Below are positions 1 to 9,990 of a stretch of DNA of 64,000 nucleotides, piece after piece (the first letter of the stretch is position 1; each line of letters opens with the position of its first letter). The translations under genes were made by a program, and so were the position numbers. The notes below the pieces were generated by a model. The model did not search any database. It was not told where the DNA came from and worked only from the letters and a program-made list of their open reading frames with translations. The DNA is from Longimicrobiales bacterium (GTDB taxonomy: Bacteria > Gemmatimonadota > Gemmatimonadetes > Longimicrobiales > Gaopeijiaceae): NCBI GenBank assembly GCA_965238005.1, contig OZ250165.1, positions 1,280,001-1,344,000 on the forward strand, read 5' to 3'.

Positions 1-949
1 TGTGGTTGATGAGCTCCCACGTGGAGCCTCCGTCGTCCGACCGCCAGAGCTCACCGCTCTCCGTCTCGCGCCCGTGCCAGGGTACCCCGTCACCGGTCTC
101 GATCAGGGCGTAGACGCGATCCGGGTCGGCCGGCGCCAGGCAGATATCGGTCTTCCCCACCGGCAACGTCGGCAGCCCGTTCCCCTCCAGCTTCGTCCAG
201 GAATCGCCTCCGTCCTTGGACATGTAGATCCCGCTGCCCTCACCGCCGCTCTCACGTCCCCATGTGTGGACTTCTAGCGTCCACATCCCGGCGAAGAGCT
301 TGCGAGGGTTGTGTGGGTCCATCTCGATGCTCGAGGCACCTGTGTTCTCGTCTACGAACAGCACGTGCTCCCAGGTCTTCCCACCGTCCTCCGTGCGGAA
401 GACCCCGCGCGTCTGCTGGGGGCCATGTGCGTGTCCCAGGGCTCCCACGTACACGATGTCCGGATTGGTGGGATGGATGACGATCCGCGAGGTGCGCGTC
501 GGTCCGCCTTCGCCGAGCCCCATGTGCTGCCACGTGTCTCCTCCGTCCGTGGACTTGTAGACGCCCGTGCCGAGGGAGACGTTCGAGCGGATGTGCGGCT
601 CGCCGGTTCCCGCCCAGACGATCTGCGGGTCCGACGGCGCCACTGCGAGAGCCCCCACGGCGTGGTCCGACTGACCGTCGAAGATGGGCTCCCAGTACTC
701 GCCACCGTCCACGGACTTCCAGATTCCGCCGGATGCGCTGCCCACGTAGTAGGTCAGCCGGTCGCCAGGCACGCCCGCGACCGAAGCGATCCGATTCCCT
801 ACGGGCCCGATGTGCCGGTACCGGAGGCTCTCGTACAGATCGGGCGAGACGCCTTGTGTGAGGCCCTCCGCGGCCGTGCCCGCGAGCACGGTGAGAACCG
901 AGAGGAGCAGGGGGAAAAGGCGGCGAAGTCCGGGCGTGCGCGTGAACAT
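1..949 (-). CDS. Secreted BNR/Asp-box repeat (VPS10/sortilin-like) glycosyl hydrolase; 3' end runs off the window
   Basis: Not in the ORF track; translated by hand from ATG 949 (SD GGAG upstream): MFTRTPGLRRLFPLLLSVLTVLAG...LRYRHIGPVGNRIASVAGVPGD...GGIWKSVDGGEYW...GVYKSTDGGDTW...VFRTEDGGKTW. Repeated S/T-x-D-G-G-x-x-W Asp boxes. Confidence 0.9.
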   Translation of the reverse strand, partial: MFTRTPGLRRLFPLLLSVLTVLAGTAAEGLTQGVSPDLYESLRYRHIGPVGNRIASVAGVPGDRLTYYVGSASGGIWKSVDGGEYWEPIFDGQSDHAVGALAVAPSDPQIVWAGTGEPHIRSNVSLGTGVYKSTDGGDTWQHMGLGEGGPTRTSRIVIHPTNPDIVYVGALGHAHGPQQTRGVFRTEDGGKTWEHVLFVDENTGASSIEMDPHNPRKLFAGMWTLEVHTWGRESGGEGSGIYMSKDGGDSWTKLEGNGLPTLPVGKTDICLAPADPDRVYALIETGDGVPWHGRETESGELWRSDDGGSTWELINH

Positions 950-1057
950 CGAAAGTCTCCTGAACTTGAGAGGGTAGGCCCTCACAAATAGCCCGCTGCG
1001 GCGCCGTACGGCAAGCGGGTGAACCTGCCGACTTCGTGGGCGTCGGAGCACCGGCGC

Positions 1058-1633
1058 TCAGGACACCAGCTTCACCTCGGTCAGCGCGAAGGAGAGTGCT
1101 TGGACCGAGCGCTCCGTGACCATTCCGGCGGCCTTCCGGCAGTACTCGTCGTCGTCGGTCTCCAAGGCGCTCCTGAGGATGCGCACCGTTGCGGCCGAGG
1201 CCTCGGCGAGAGCCTGGGAGCTTTCCACGGACACGTCTTCGATGCGGGTGAGGACCTCACGTACGCCCTTTTCCCACTGCATCGCGAGCACCTCGGCCTC
1301 TGCCCGCGAGCGTGTGGACTCCACGAGCACGCGCCAGAGGGCGTCCTGATAGCGGCGCCCGAGCTCCGGTGTGTCGACGGGGACGCCTTCGCCCACACGT
1401 GCGACCAGAGCGAAGTAGTGGGCCACGAGCGATCTGACGCGCAGGATCTCGGCCGCCTGGATCCGCTGTACCGCTGTGAGCGCGAACGCGGGATCCGCGT
1501 GCGCCATGGGGAAGCCACCTGTGAACGCGGCGGCGATCGTATGGTGCAGGAAGCGGTTTAGCTCGACCTTCTTCTTGAACAGGGCCATCCACACCTCTTG
1601 TGGGATGTCCGTGGGGCGCTTCCACCGTGTCAA
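1058..1633 (-). CDS. Hypothetical, probably all-alpha protein
   Basis: 191-aa ORF with protein-like composition filling the gap between two minus-strand genes; TTG start uncertain; no motif recognised. Confidence 0.6.
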   Translation of the reverse strand: MTRWKRPTDIPQEVWMALFKKKVELNRFLHHTIAAAFTGGFPMAHADPAFALTAVQRIQAAEILRVRSLVAHYFALVARVGEGVPVDTPELGRRYQDALWRVLVESTRSRAEAEVLAMQWEKGVREVLTRIEDVSVESSQALAEASAATVRILRSALETDDDEYCRKAAGMVTERSVQALSFALTEVKLVS

Positions 1634-1747
1634 TATTTGGCAGGTCCCGCCTTCGGTGCAATGGCCGGCACATTCGAGTTCATGGGCGATGGCCCCGGAG
1701 GACCGGCCCTCCGAGGCGGGATGGCCGAGAAGGACGACATCGCCCTC

Positions 1748-3880
1748 CTACAGCAGCCCAGCACCGCGAGCCCACTGGTATTTCGCGCCGAGGATCGCGA
1801 CGGGGAGCTCCGTGGTGTACGGACAGGCGACGATGCCTCGCTCGTAGAGGTACTCGGAGGCTTCCTCGACTTCCACGTCACCCACCAGCGAGGCCACGAT
1901 GGGTTTGTCAATGCCTTTGTCTCTGGCTTCCTGAACCACGCGGGCACAGAGCTCGGCGAAGACCATAGGCGGCGTAATGATGGTATGCCAATAGCCCAGG
2001 ACGAGTGCGTGGACGCGATCGTCTTCGAGTCCGAGACGAATGGTGTTCTCGTAAGTGATCGGCGGCTCTCCGCCCGTGATATCCACCGGGTTTCCCCAAG
2101 CACCGAACGGAGGAATGAACTCCTTGAAGGCCTCGTCCAGATCCTGCGGAAGCTTCATCAAGGAAAGCCCGTTATCCACGATCGCGTCGGACAGGAGTAC
2201 ACCGGAACCGCCCGCGCCTGTGATGATCACGATGTCCTCGCCTTTCGGTGTGGGAAGGACCGGAAGGCCGCGCGCAAACTGCAGCAGGTCGTTGAGGCTG
2301 TAGGCGCGAATCACACCGCTGGCTCGCAGCACGTCATCGTAGATCTTGTCGTTACCCGCCAATGCGCCTGTGTGCGAAGCCGCAGCCTTCGCGCCGAGCT
2401 GAGTGCGGCCCGCCTTCAGCATGACGACGGGCTTTTTCTTGGAGACGCGTTTCGCGACCTCGGCGAAGCTTTGGCCGTCCTTGAGATCCTCCGCATGCAT
2501 CGCGATGACGTCGGTATTGTCATCCTGCTCGAAGTAGGTGAGCAGATCATCTTCGTCGAGATCCGACTTGTTGCCCAGTCCGACGATGGCCGAGACGCCC
2601 ATTTTCGTCGATCGGCTGAAGCCGATGATGGACATGCCGACACCACCGCTCTGTGAAGACAACGCGGTTCTGCCCTTGACGTCATACGGGGTGCAGAAGG
2701 TGGCGCAGAGATTCGCGGGCGTGTAATAGAACCCATAGATGTTGGGTCCCATGATGCGCACGTTATGCTTGCGTGCTGTGGCAAGGAGCTCATCCTGGAG
2801 CTCCGTCTCCCCTACCTCGGCAAAGCCCGAAGGGATCATGATCGCACCGGGAATGCCCTTCTGACCCACCTCTTCCATCGCACCCACGCAAAATTTCGCG
2901 GGGACCGCGAAGACGGCGACGTCAACGACACCCGGGACGTCTTTGACGCTCTTATAGACCTTCTTGCCGAGTATCTCGTCGGCCTTCGGGTTGATCGGGT
3001 AGAGCTCCCCTTCATAACCGCCATTGATGATGTTCTTCATCACCGAGTTCCCGATCTTGCCTTCACCATCGGACGCACCGATCACCGCGACCGCTTTCGG
3101 GTTCATGATGCGACTCATGGCCGAGACGATCTCTTCCTGACTCGGGCGATACATTTCCTTGGGCGGCGAAAAATCGACGGCAATCAGCGCATCGACCGCC
3201 GTCGCGCCATTGGCATCCGCCAGGATCGGGTTGAGGTCGATCTCCTGGATCTCCGGAAAATCGCTGATCAGCTCGGAGACATTGACGATGATGCTCGCCA
3301 GGGCATCTCGGTTGACGGCTTTCGAGCCCCTGACGCCGCTCAGCACCTCAGCCGCCTGGATGCTGTCCAGCATAGACTGCGCGTCGTCACTCGTGGCGGG
3401 AGCCAAGCGGAAGGTGATGTCTTTCAACACTTCCACCAGGATGCCGCCGAGCCCGAACGCCACGAGTTTTCCGAAGCTCGGGTCCGTGACCGCGCCCACG
3501 ATCACTTCCAGACGATCGCCGGTCACCATCTCCTGGATCTGAACGCCCGCGATGTTGGCGTCGCCTTTGTACGCCTTGGCATTACCAACGATGCTCTCGT
3601 AGCCGGCCGCGGCAGCTTCGGAGTCCGCCACGCCGATCAGTACGCCCCCGGCTTCCGTCTTATGCAGGATGTCCGGCGAGACGATCTTCATGACCACGGG
3701 GTAGCCGATGTTCTCGGCCATTGCAGAAGCCTCCGCGCCAGACTGGGCAAGCCCTTCACTAGGCACGGGAATGTCGTAGGTGTCGCACACCGTCCTGCAT
3801 TCCGGAGCGGTTAGAGAGGTGCGCCCCTCGGATTTCACCTGGTCCAATACCGCGCGGACACCTTCGCGCCGGCTACCCAT
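1748..3880 (-). CDS. Acetate--CoA ligase (ADP-forming) family acyl-CoA synthetase, fused ATP-grasp + CoA-binding domains
   Basis: N-terminal ATP-grasp (VVMKIVSPDILHKTEAGGV, EIDLNP), CoA-binding region (AVIGAS...IMGPN), phospho-His motif AASHTGAL, SQSGG, NPVDITGG. Confidence 0.92.
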   Translation of the reverse strand: MGSRREGVRAVLDQVKSEGRTSLTAPECRTVCDTYDIPVPSEGLAQSGAEASAMAENIGYPVVMKIVSPDILHKTEAGGVLIGVADSEAAAAGYESIVGNAKAYKGDANIAGVQIQEMVTGDRLEVIVGAVTDPSFGKLVAFGLGGILVEVLKDITFRLAPATSDDAQSMLDSIQAAEVLSGVRGSKAVNRDALASIIVNVSELISDFPEIQEIDLNPILADANGATAVDALIAVDFSPPKEMYRPSQEEIVSAMSRIMNPKAVAVIGASDGEGKIGNSVMKNIINGGYEGELYPINPKADEILGKKVYKSVKDVPGVVDVAVFAVPAKFCVGAMEEVGQKGIPGAIMIPSGFAEVGETELQDELLATARKHNVRIMGPNIYGFYYTPANLCATFCTPYDVKGRTALSSQSGGVGMSIIGFSRSTKMGVSAIVGLGNKSDLDEDDLLTYFEQDDNTDVIAMHAEDLKDGQSFAEVAKRVSKKKPVVMLKAGRTQLGAKAAASHTGALAGNDKIYDDVLRASGVIRAYSLNDLLQFARGLPVLPTPKGEDIVIITGAGGSGVLLSDAIVDNGLSLMKLPQDLDEAFKEFIPPFGAWGNPVDITGGEPPITYENTIRLGLEDDRVHALVLGYWHTIITPPMVFAELCARVVQEARDKGIDKPIVASLVGDVEVEEASEYLYERGIVACPYTTELPVAILGAKYQWARGAGLL

Positions 3881-3991
3881 GTTCGATCTTCTTCTTGTTC
3901 GCGGCCCAGCGGCCGCCCCTGCAACCCATTCGCTTCATTGGAGCGCAACACCCTTTCGCGGCCCGGCGGCCGCTCCCTCGATCGCGACGTT

Positions 3992-5230
3992 TCATCTTGT
4001 AAAAGCGCCCGCTTCCTTCAACCCATCGATCTCGCTGCCCTCGTAGCCCAGCACCTCCCTGAGAATTTCATCGGTATGCTCGCCCAGCAGCGGCGAACGC
4101 TCGATCTCCACTGGGGAGTCGGAGAGCTTGATCGGGCAGCCCAGGTTGTACCACTTGCCGCGCTCCGGGTGATCGAGTTCCACATACATCTCGCGCTGCC
4201 TTACGTGCTCGTCGTTGGCCAGGTCCATGGTGCTCAAGACCGGGCCGCAGGGTACGTTGATCTCGTTGAAGATCTCCATGAGCTCGCGCTTGGTATGGTT
4301 GCTTGCGAACTCGGTCAGCAAGGCCCACATCGCACCCTGGTTCTGGCGGCGCGCATCGATCTTTTCGAAACGCGGATCCTTGACGAGTTCTTCACCCCCG
4401 ATCAGCTCCGCCAGCGTGTCCCAGACGCGCTCCTGGACGACGACGTAGAGATAATCGTTTGAGCCACCGGGCTTGCACCGGATCGCGTTGCCGAGCTGGC
4501 CGCCGCCAGAATCGTTACCGGCTCGAGGCGTAGAGTCCTCGAACTCCTGAATGGAATACTCCGACAGGGGCCCGCGCTGGACGCGTTGGTGATCCCGCCA
4601 CTTCACGCGCGCTAGATTCATCACACAGTCCATCATCGCGCACTCCACGTACTGGCCACGCCCCGTGCGCTCCCGCTGTATGAGTGCGGCGAGGATGCCG
4701 GCCATCAGGTGTACGCCCGTCCCCGAGTCGCCAATCTGCGCACCCGTCACGGCAGGGGGACCATCGAACATTCCCGAGGTGCTCATGGAACCACCCATGG
4801 CCTGCGCGATATTCTCATAGGCCTTGAACGCTGCGTACGGTCCTTCGGTGCCGAACCCCTTGATGGAGGCCATGACGATTCGGGGATTGATCTCGTGGAC
4901 CTTCTTCCACCCGAAACCGAGCCGATCCAATACGCCCGGCCCAAAGTTCTCCATGAGCACGTCGCAGGTCTCCACGAGCTTCGCAAAGACCTCTTTGCCC
5001 TTGTCGTTCTTCAGGTTCACGGTGATCGAGCGCTTGTTGCAGTTCAGCATCGTGAAGTAGAGGCTGTCGGCGTCCGGGATGTCCCGCAGCTGCTTGCGCG
5101 TGGCGTCTCCCATCGGGGATTCGAGCTTGATGACGTCCGCACCCAGGAAGCCCATCAGCTGGCTCGAGGTCGGACCCGCCTGCACGTGGGTCATGTCCAG
5201 GATGCGAACGTCAGAGAGTGCCTTATCCAT
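3992..5230 (-). CDS. frc: Formyl-CoA:oxalate CoA-transferase (CaiB/BaiF family III)
   Basis: True start MDKALSDVRILDMTHVQAGP at 5230 (the track ORF is over-extended). DSLYFTMLNCNKRS, catalytic Asp in GDSGTG, glycine loop SGGGQ. Confidence 0.9.
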   Translation of the reverse strand: MDKALSDVRILDMTHVQAGPTSSQLMGFLGADVIKLESPMGDATRKQLRDIPDADSLYFTMLNCNKRSITVNLKNDKGKEVFAKLVETCDVLMENFGPGVLDRLGFGWKKVHEINPRIVMASIKGFGTEGPYAAFKAYENIAQAMGGSMSTSGMFDGPPAVTGAQIGDSGTGVHLMAGILAALIQRERTGRGQYVECAMMDCVMNLARVKWRDHQRVQRGPLSEYSIQEFEDSTPRAGNDSGGGQLGNAIRCKPGGSNDYLYVVVQERVWDTLAELIGGEELVKDPRFEKIDARRQNQGAMWALLTEFASNHTKRELMEIFNEINVPCGPVLSTMDLANDEHVRQREMYVELDHPERGKWYNLGCPIKLSDSPVEIERSPLLGEHTDEILREVLGYEGSEIDGLKEAGAFTR

Positions 5231-5247
5231 GGTCGGTTGTGCTCCGA

Positions 5248-6999
5248 TCACTTGTACATGGTTTGACGTTTGGTTCCGGGTGACCATTCGCCAGGGTCCA
5301 CCCAGATATTGATGACCGCGGACTTGCCGGATGTTTTCACGGCTTCCCGCGCGCGTTGCATCGAAGGTTGGATCTCCGCTGGGTCTCGCACCTCCTCGCC
5401 GTATCCGCCGAGCATCTCGGCGAACTTGGAGAAAGGCACGTCGCCCAGAAGATTGCCGACGTTGCCACGCTCCTCGCCATACTTGGACAGCTGCCCGTAG
5501 CGAATCTGATTCATGGCGGAGTTGTTGCCGATGACCGCGATGTACGGAGCGCTGAATCGATTGGCCGTCTCCATGTCGAAAGCAGTCATGCCGAAAGAGC
5601 CGTCGCCGTAGTAGCAGAGGACCTCTTTGGTGGGATGCACCAGTTTCGAGGCCAGCGCGAAGCCGGTGCCGACACCCAGGCCGCCCAGCGCGCCCGGGTC
5701 CATCCAGTTGCCTGGCGCTCGGGGCTGAACCGCCTGGGCACTGATGGTGACCACATCGCCGCCGTCGCCAATATAGATGGTGTCCTCGGTGAGGAACTCG
5801 TTCAGCTCCCACGCGACGCGATACGGATGGATGGGGTGTGCGTCCGACAAAAAGAGCGGCATCAGCTTTTCCGTCTTCTTCTGCTCGATGGCTCGCAAGT
5901 GCTCGAGCCAGTTCGCCCGCCCTTTGGCCCCGTTGTCCACGAGACCGGTGGTGGCGTCATGCACGGCCCTCAGGATCGCGCCGGGATCACCCACGAGTCC
6001 GAGCGACACGTCGCGGTTCTTTGCCACAGTCCTGTAGTCCATGTCGATGTGCACCACCGTGGCGTCAGCACGCAATCGTCGGCCGTAGCCCATCCGGAAA
6101 TCGAATGGCGTACCGACGATGACGATGACGTCAGCCTCCTTGAAGGCATCGCTGCGGGTGCGGTGGAAATAGTGGGGATCGCCCGGCGGGAGGATTCCGC
6201 GCGAAGCGCCGTTCATGTAGCCCGGGATATTCAGACCTCTCAGGAGTGCAATGGCCTCTTCGTGGCCGCGGCAGGTCCACACTTGGGTGCCCAGTAGGAT
6301 GGCCGGTCGTTCGGACTTGACCAGGATCTCCGCCAGCTTCTCGATATCGGCGGGATCACCGATGGACTTCGTGGAGGCCCGATAGTGGCCGGCCTTCGGC
6401 ATGATGGCTTTCTCGAGGGGTACCTCGCCGTCCAACACGTCACGGGGGATCTCGAGATAGCTCGGTCCGGGCGCGCCGGCAAAGCACTCCCTGGCTGCCA
6501 TGGACACCATGTCCGCGATTCGTTCCGTGGACCCCACGCTTGCGGAGAACTTGGTAATCGGCGCGGCGATGTCCACGTGGGGTAGATCCTGGAGCGACCC
6601 CATCTTGTGCTGGGTAAGGGCACCCTGACCGCCAATGTGCAGTACTGGACTCTCGGATCGAAACGCCGTTGCAATGCCTGTGAGCGCATTCGTAAAGCCG
6701 GGTCCCGCCGTCGTGATCACGCACCCCAACCGGCCGGTCTGGCGCGCGTAGCCGTCCGCGGCATGGGCCGCCACCTGCTCGTGGCGCACATCGATGATGC
6801 GAATGTCGTTGTCGATACAGCCGTCGTACGTGTCGATGATGTGCCCGCCGCAGAGGGTGAAGATCGTATCGATCCCCTCGTTCTTGAGTGCCGCGGCCAC
6901 CAGATGACCACCCGAGATGACGTTCGCGTCCTGGCTCTTTCTCGCCAGAGTGTCTTCCGCCGTCGTAGTTTTCGCTTTTTCTGTGGAGACGCTTGCCAT
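5248..6999 (-). CDS. ThDP-dependent enzyme, oxalyl-CoA decarboxylase / 2-hydroxyacyl-CoA lyase-like
   Basis: RHEQ catalytic Glu, TAGPG, ThDP-binding motif GDGSFGMT...GNNS; directly upstream of frc. Exact substrate is inferred from context. Confidence 0.85.
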   Translation of the reverse strand: MASVSTEKAKTTTAEDTLARKSQDANVISGGHLVAAALKNEGIDTIFTLCGGHIIDTYDGCIDNDIRIIDVRHEQVAAHAADGYARQTGRLGCVITTAGPGFTNALTGIATAFRSESPVLHIGGQGALTQHKMGSLQDLPHVDIAAPITKFSASVGSTERIADMVSMAARECFAGAPGPSYLEIPRDVLDGEVPLEKAIMPKAGHYRASTKSIGDPADIEKLAEILVKSERPAILLGTQVWTCRGHEEAIALLRGLNIPGYMNGASRGILPPGDPHYFHRTRSDAFKEADVIVIVGTPFDFRMGYGRRLRADATVVHIDMDYRTVAKNRDVSLGLVGDPGAILRAVHDATTGLVDNGAKGRANWLEHLRAIEQKKTEKLMPLFLSDAHPIHPYRVAWELNEFLTEDTIYIGDGGDVVTISAQAVQPRAPGNWMDPGALGGLGVGTGFALASKLVHPTKEVLCYYGDGSFGMTAFDMETANRFSAPYIAVIGNNSAMNQIRYGQLSKYGEERGNVGNLLGDVPFSKFAEMLGGYGEEVRDPAEIQPSMQRAREAVKTSGKSAVINIWVDPGEWSPGTKRQTMYK

Positions 7000-7031
7000 G
7001 AGATGCTCCCGGTAGACTTTGCTCAGGTCAG

Positions 7032-7172
7032 CTAAGCCAAGTAGTCGACGTAATTGTTGATGTGCTCCGCCAGTCCGAAGCAGTGTTCACGCACGAGCCG
7101 CTCCGCCAGCTCGGTGTCCCGATTCTCGATGGTTTCGATGATGTGCATGTGATCGATGATGGAGCGGCTCAC
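7032..7172 (-). pseudogene. C-terminal remnant of a GntR/FCD-family regulator
   Basis: Hand translation VSRSIIDHMHIIETIENRDTELAERLVREHCFGLAEHINNYVDYLA* matches the FCD-domain end (H..II..I..RD..LAE.L.R.H). An in-frame TAG lies just upstream and there is no HTH domain. Confidence 0.8.
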
Positions 7173-7265
7173 GCTCCATGCTAGCTAGTTTCCGAGGTGC
7201 AGCAAGAGCTTAACTCCTGGTCCGACGCGATCCTTTTCGGAGCATCGTGAGCGCGTGAACGCGGG

Positions 7266-7388
7266 AGTGCCGTCCAGGAGAAGGGGCGTCTCGTCGAACT
7301 TCCAACGCCGACCATCGACATGGTCCTGGCCCTCGTCCGGCAAAGAGCGCAGGTAGGGATTTCCTTGACAGACCAGTCCTCTCCCTAG
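7266..7388 (+). pseudogene. C-terminal remnant of a PanE/ApbA-family reductase (oxalyl-CoA reductase-like)
   Basis: Hand translation SAVQEKGRLVELPTPTIDMVLALVRQRAQV... resembles the last helices of ketopantoate reductases (PTP motif); the rest of the gene is absent. Confidence 0.65.
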
Positions 7389-7609
7389 GATTCCGTCCCG
7401 TCCCCCCAGAAACACGAGCGGCGCCCGCTGGGAAAGACCCTCGTGAAGGTGCTGCTAGGGCTGGTCGTAGTGATCTTCGTGGGGGGCCACGTGGCTGCTG
7501 AGGGGGGAACGGCCGTTCGATGGCTTGGCCACCCACAACTGGCCCGAAGAGCAAGGAGAGTCTCATCGGGTCCCGGTCGGAGGCCGGTGCAATAGGAGGG
7601 GTGGGATGC

Positions 7610-7711
7610 CTTCGCACGGTGCCTGCTTACGCTACGCCGCGTCGTCCCGCCTTGATCCCACGGCGCCCCGACCCTCTTGGTGGCTCGCGAACTTCGGCAA
7701 TGGAACACTAG
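7610..7711 (-). mobile_element. Truncated MITE copy (same family as 15934-16119)
   Basis: Reverse complement ctagtgttccattgccgaagttcgcgagccaccaagagggtcggggcgccgtgggatcaaggcgggacgacgcggcgtagcg... is nearly identical to the first ~100 bp of the full copy. Its CTAG contains the stop codon of the adjacent gene. Confidence 0.85.
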
Positions 7712-9041
7712 TTGACGCGGCTCCGCACGACGAAGAGGCCCTCGTCCCGGCTCGTGAAGACGATCACACCGCTCTCGAAGAACGGGTAGTTGCTCCAGGA
7801 GCCAAAAAAGCCCGGCTCGTCGGTCGTGGGCACGGTGTCGAAGAAGCCGACCTCCCTGGGATTGACAGGATCGGACACATCCAGGATCCGGAGTCCGCTC
7901 ACGTAGTTGGATTGGTACATGAGATGACCGCGGATGTAGAGGTTGTGGTCCGTGGAGGTCGTCACGCCGACGTGCTCCTTGACCAGGACCGGATCGTCCA
8001 GGTCCTCGATGTCAAACACCAGCGTGCGCGTGCGGGCCACGATGCCCGCCAGCTCGTCGCCCTCGTCGTCGATGAAGAAGTAGCGGTGGTCCTCGGAGAT
8101 CCAGCCTTGATGCACGTAGCCCACGTTCGGATAGACCGCCCTGGAGATCGCCAGGGGATTCTCCTTGTCCGTCACGTCTGCGATGCTGAGCGCCGTCTCA
8201 TTGGACCCCAGGCAGATCTCCCGGCCCTGGTAGTCCTCGTCGGGACCGGCGTACATGATGCACTGAGCGTCATGTGTGTACCCCGTCCCCTCGAGGCCCG
8301 TGGAGGGATCGGCGAAGCACCCTGCGAACGTCGGGTTGGCGGGGTCGTGGATGTCGATCATGTGGAGCCCACCGCCGCACGTCTCGCCTCCGGCCCGGTT
8401 GCCCACGGTGTACGCGAACCCCGACTCCTCGTTGATGACGATGTTGTGGGCGCTGGCGATGCCGCCGTAGACCGTCGTTTCTTGAAAGGTCACCGGTGGT
8501 CCCTGGATGTCCCGGAGCCGGCGAAGGTCGAATACCTGGACGCCGTGGTCCCCGGCCCCGTCGGCCACGATGAAGGCGTGATCGGCGTAGACTTTGACAT
8601 CGCGCCAGAGGCTGACGGGAGCCAGACCCGTTCTGGGGAGCTGGCCCAGGTACACCGGCCTCTCTGGATCCTCGAGGCTGATGAAGGCCATGCCGTCGGT
8701 GCGGCCCACGAGGGCGTACTCGATGCCGGTCAGGGGATCGGTCCAGCCCCACATGTCGTTCACCGTGATGTCCGGCACGCTGTCGGCCGGGACCGTTCCG
8801 GGCACGCGCCCCCGCCCAGGTCCTCCAGTGTGAGGAACGACACCAAATCCACATCGGAGCATCTGAACCCCGCGGCGAACCCGCCTTCGCATTGGACGGG
8901 TGATCCCAGGATGGGATCCGTGAGGTTGGGATCACCCGGGCCGGTCGGGTCCTTGTCGCACGCGGACAGGACTGCGATGCCTACGACGCAGGAGGCATGC
9001 AGTAGAGCCCGAGCGGCATCTATGAACTTCAGTCGAGTCAA
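7708..9041 (-). CDS. Choice-of-anchor B / LVIVD-repeat beta-propeller lipoprotein, with a 1-bp frameshift near 8810
   Basis: TTG 9041 after GGAGG; lipobox LSAC; CEGGFAAGFRCSDVDLVSFL; then a frame change in a G-run to NDMWGWTDP...SAHNIVINEESG...YTHDAQC...YVHQGW...DHNLY...GSWSNYPFFESG. Confidence 0.88.
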
Positions 9042-9232
9042 ATCTCCTCCGACACCTTGAATTCGGCCGGTGATGATCGAACCATCGCTGGGCGGTGCGG
9101 GTTCCCGCCAACACAATCGATGTACGCTGTCGTAGCCCGGAGGTGTCACACGGATCCTTGTCGAGCCGGGCGCAGGCCCCGGTGGGCTGACCCTCCCGGA
9201 AACGGCCGGTCGGCAGCCCCTCGCGAGACGGC

Positions 9233-9967
9233 TCAGGGCGTCTTTCCGAACGCCTCCTCCACGAACCGCCTGAGGATCGCCTCCGTCTCCGGTGTCTCGG
9301 GAGTGGCCGCCGCGAACTGCTCCATCGTCGCGTACCCCGCGAGCGGGAGGTACTCGGGGTAGTATCCGATCCGCTTGAGGAGCCCATCCCGGTCGAGCTC
9401 GGGGTGGAACTGGGTGCAGTAGATGGGCTTCCCCTCGAATCGGAATGCCTCGTTGGGGACCTGATCGCTCGAGGCCAGCAGGACGGCGCCCCTGGGAAGC
9501 TCGGTGACGATGTCCTCGTGGCCGATCTGTGCCTGAAAGCGTGGACCCAACGGTCCGAATACCGGATCGCGGCTTCCTTCGGACGTCAGCTCCAGGGTCA
9601 CGGTGCCCACCTCGGCCCGGTTGTGATCGGTAACGACCTCGCCTCCCAGCGCCCGGGCCATGGCCTGGAATCCCCAGCACGAGGCGAAGGTGGGCCTCGA
9701 GGTCTCGTACAGCTCCCGCATCGTCTCCAGAGCCGCGGGGAGCCACGGCCCTCCCTTCGCCACCGAGTAGTCTCCGCTTCCGCCCAGGAGAACCACGTCG
9801 ACCTCGTCCAGCGCCTCCCTCGACGGAACGCCGCTGAGCAGATCGAAGACGCGGATCCGCTCCGTGGGGCACCGGAGCGATCGGGAGAAGGACTGGACTT
9901 CGTGATCCCGCATGGGGTCGTCGTCATTCCGGACCTGGAGGAGCAGGAAGCGACGGTCTTGGGACAT
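9233..9967 (-). CDS. Type 1 glutamine amidotransferase (GMP synthase-like GATase)
   Basis: Start MSQDRRFLLLQ at 9967; GGSG, nucleophile SCWGFQ, QFHPE. Confidence 0.9.
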   Translation of the reverse strand: MSQDRRFLLLQVRNDDDPMRDHEVQSFSRSLRCPTERIRVFDLLSGVPSREALDEVDVVLLGGSGDYSVAKGGPWLPAALETMRELYETSRPTFASCWGFQAMARALGGEVVTDHNRAEVGTVTLELTSEGSRDPVFGPLGPRFQAQIGHEDIVTELPRGAVLLASSDQVPNEAFRFEGKPIYCTQFHPELDRDGLLKRIGYYPEYLPLAGYATMEQFAAATPETPETEAILRRFVEEAFGKTP

Positions 9968-9990
9968 GCGGTTCCTTGCTCGGCGGCGAC

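Noticed and set aside
3898..3973. 19-bp direct repeat between frc and the acyl-CoA ligase
   Set aside because: Only two GC-rich copies; no function can be supported.
5231..5812. N-terminal extension of the frc ORF (606 aa in the track)
   Set aside because: Overlaps the ThDP-enzyme gene in another frame; Frc homology starts at Met 5230.
7428..7595. Short hydrophobic reading frame (LGKTLVKVLLGLVVVIFVGG...)
   Set aside because: No clear start or recognisable family; it may be another remnant but this cannot be supported.
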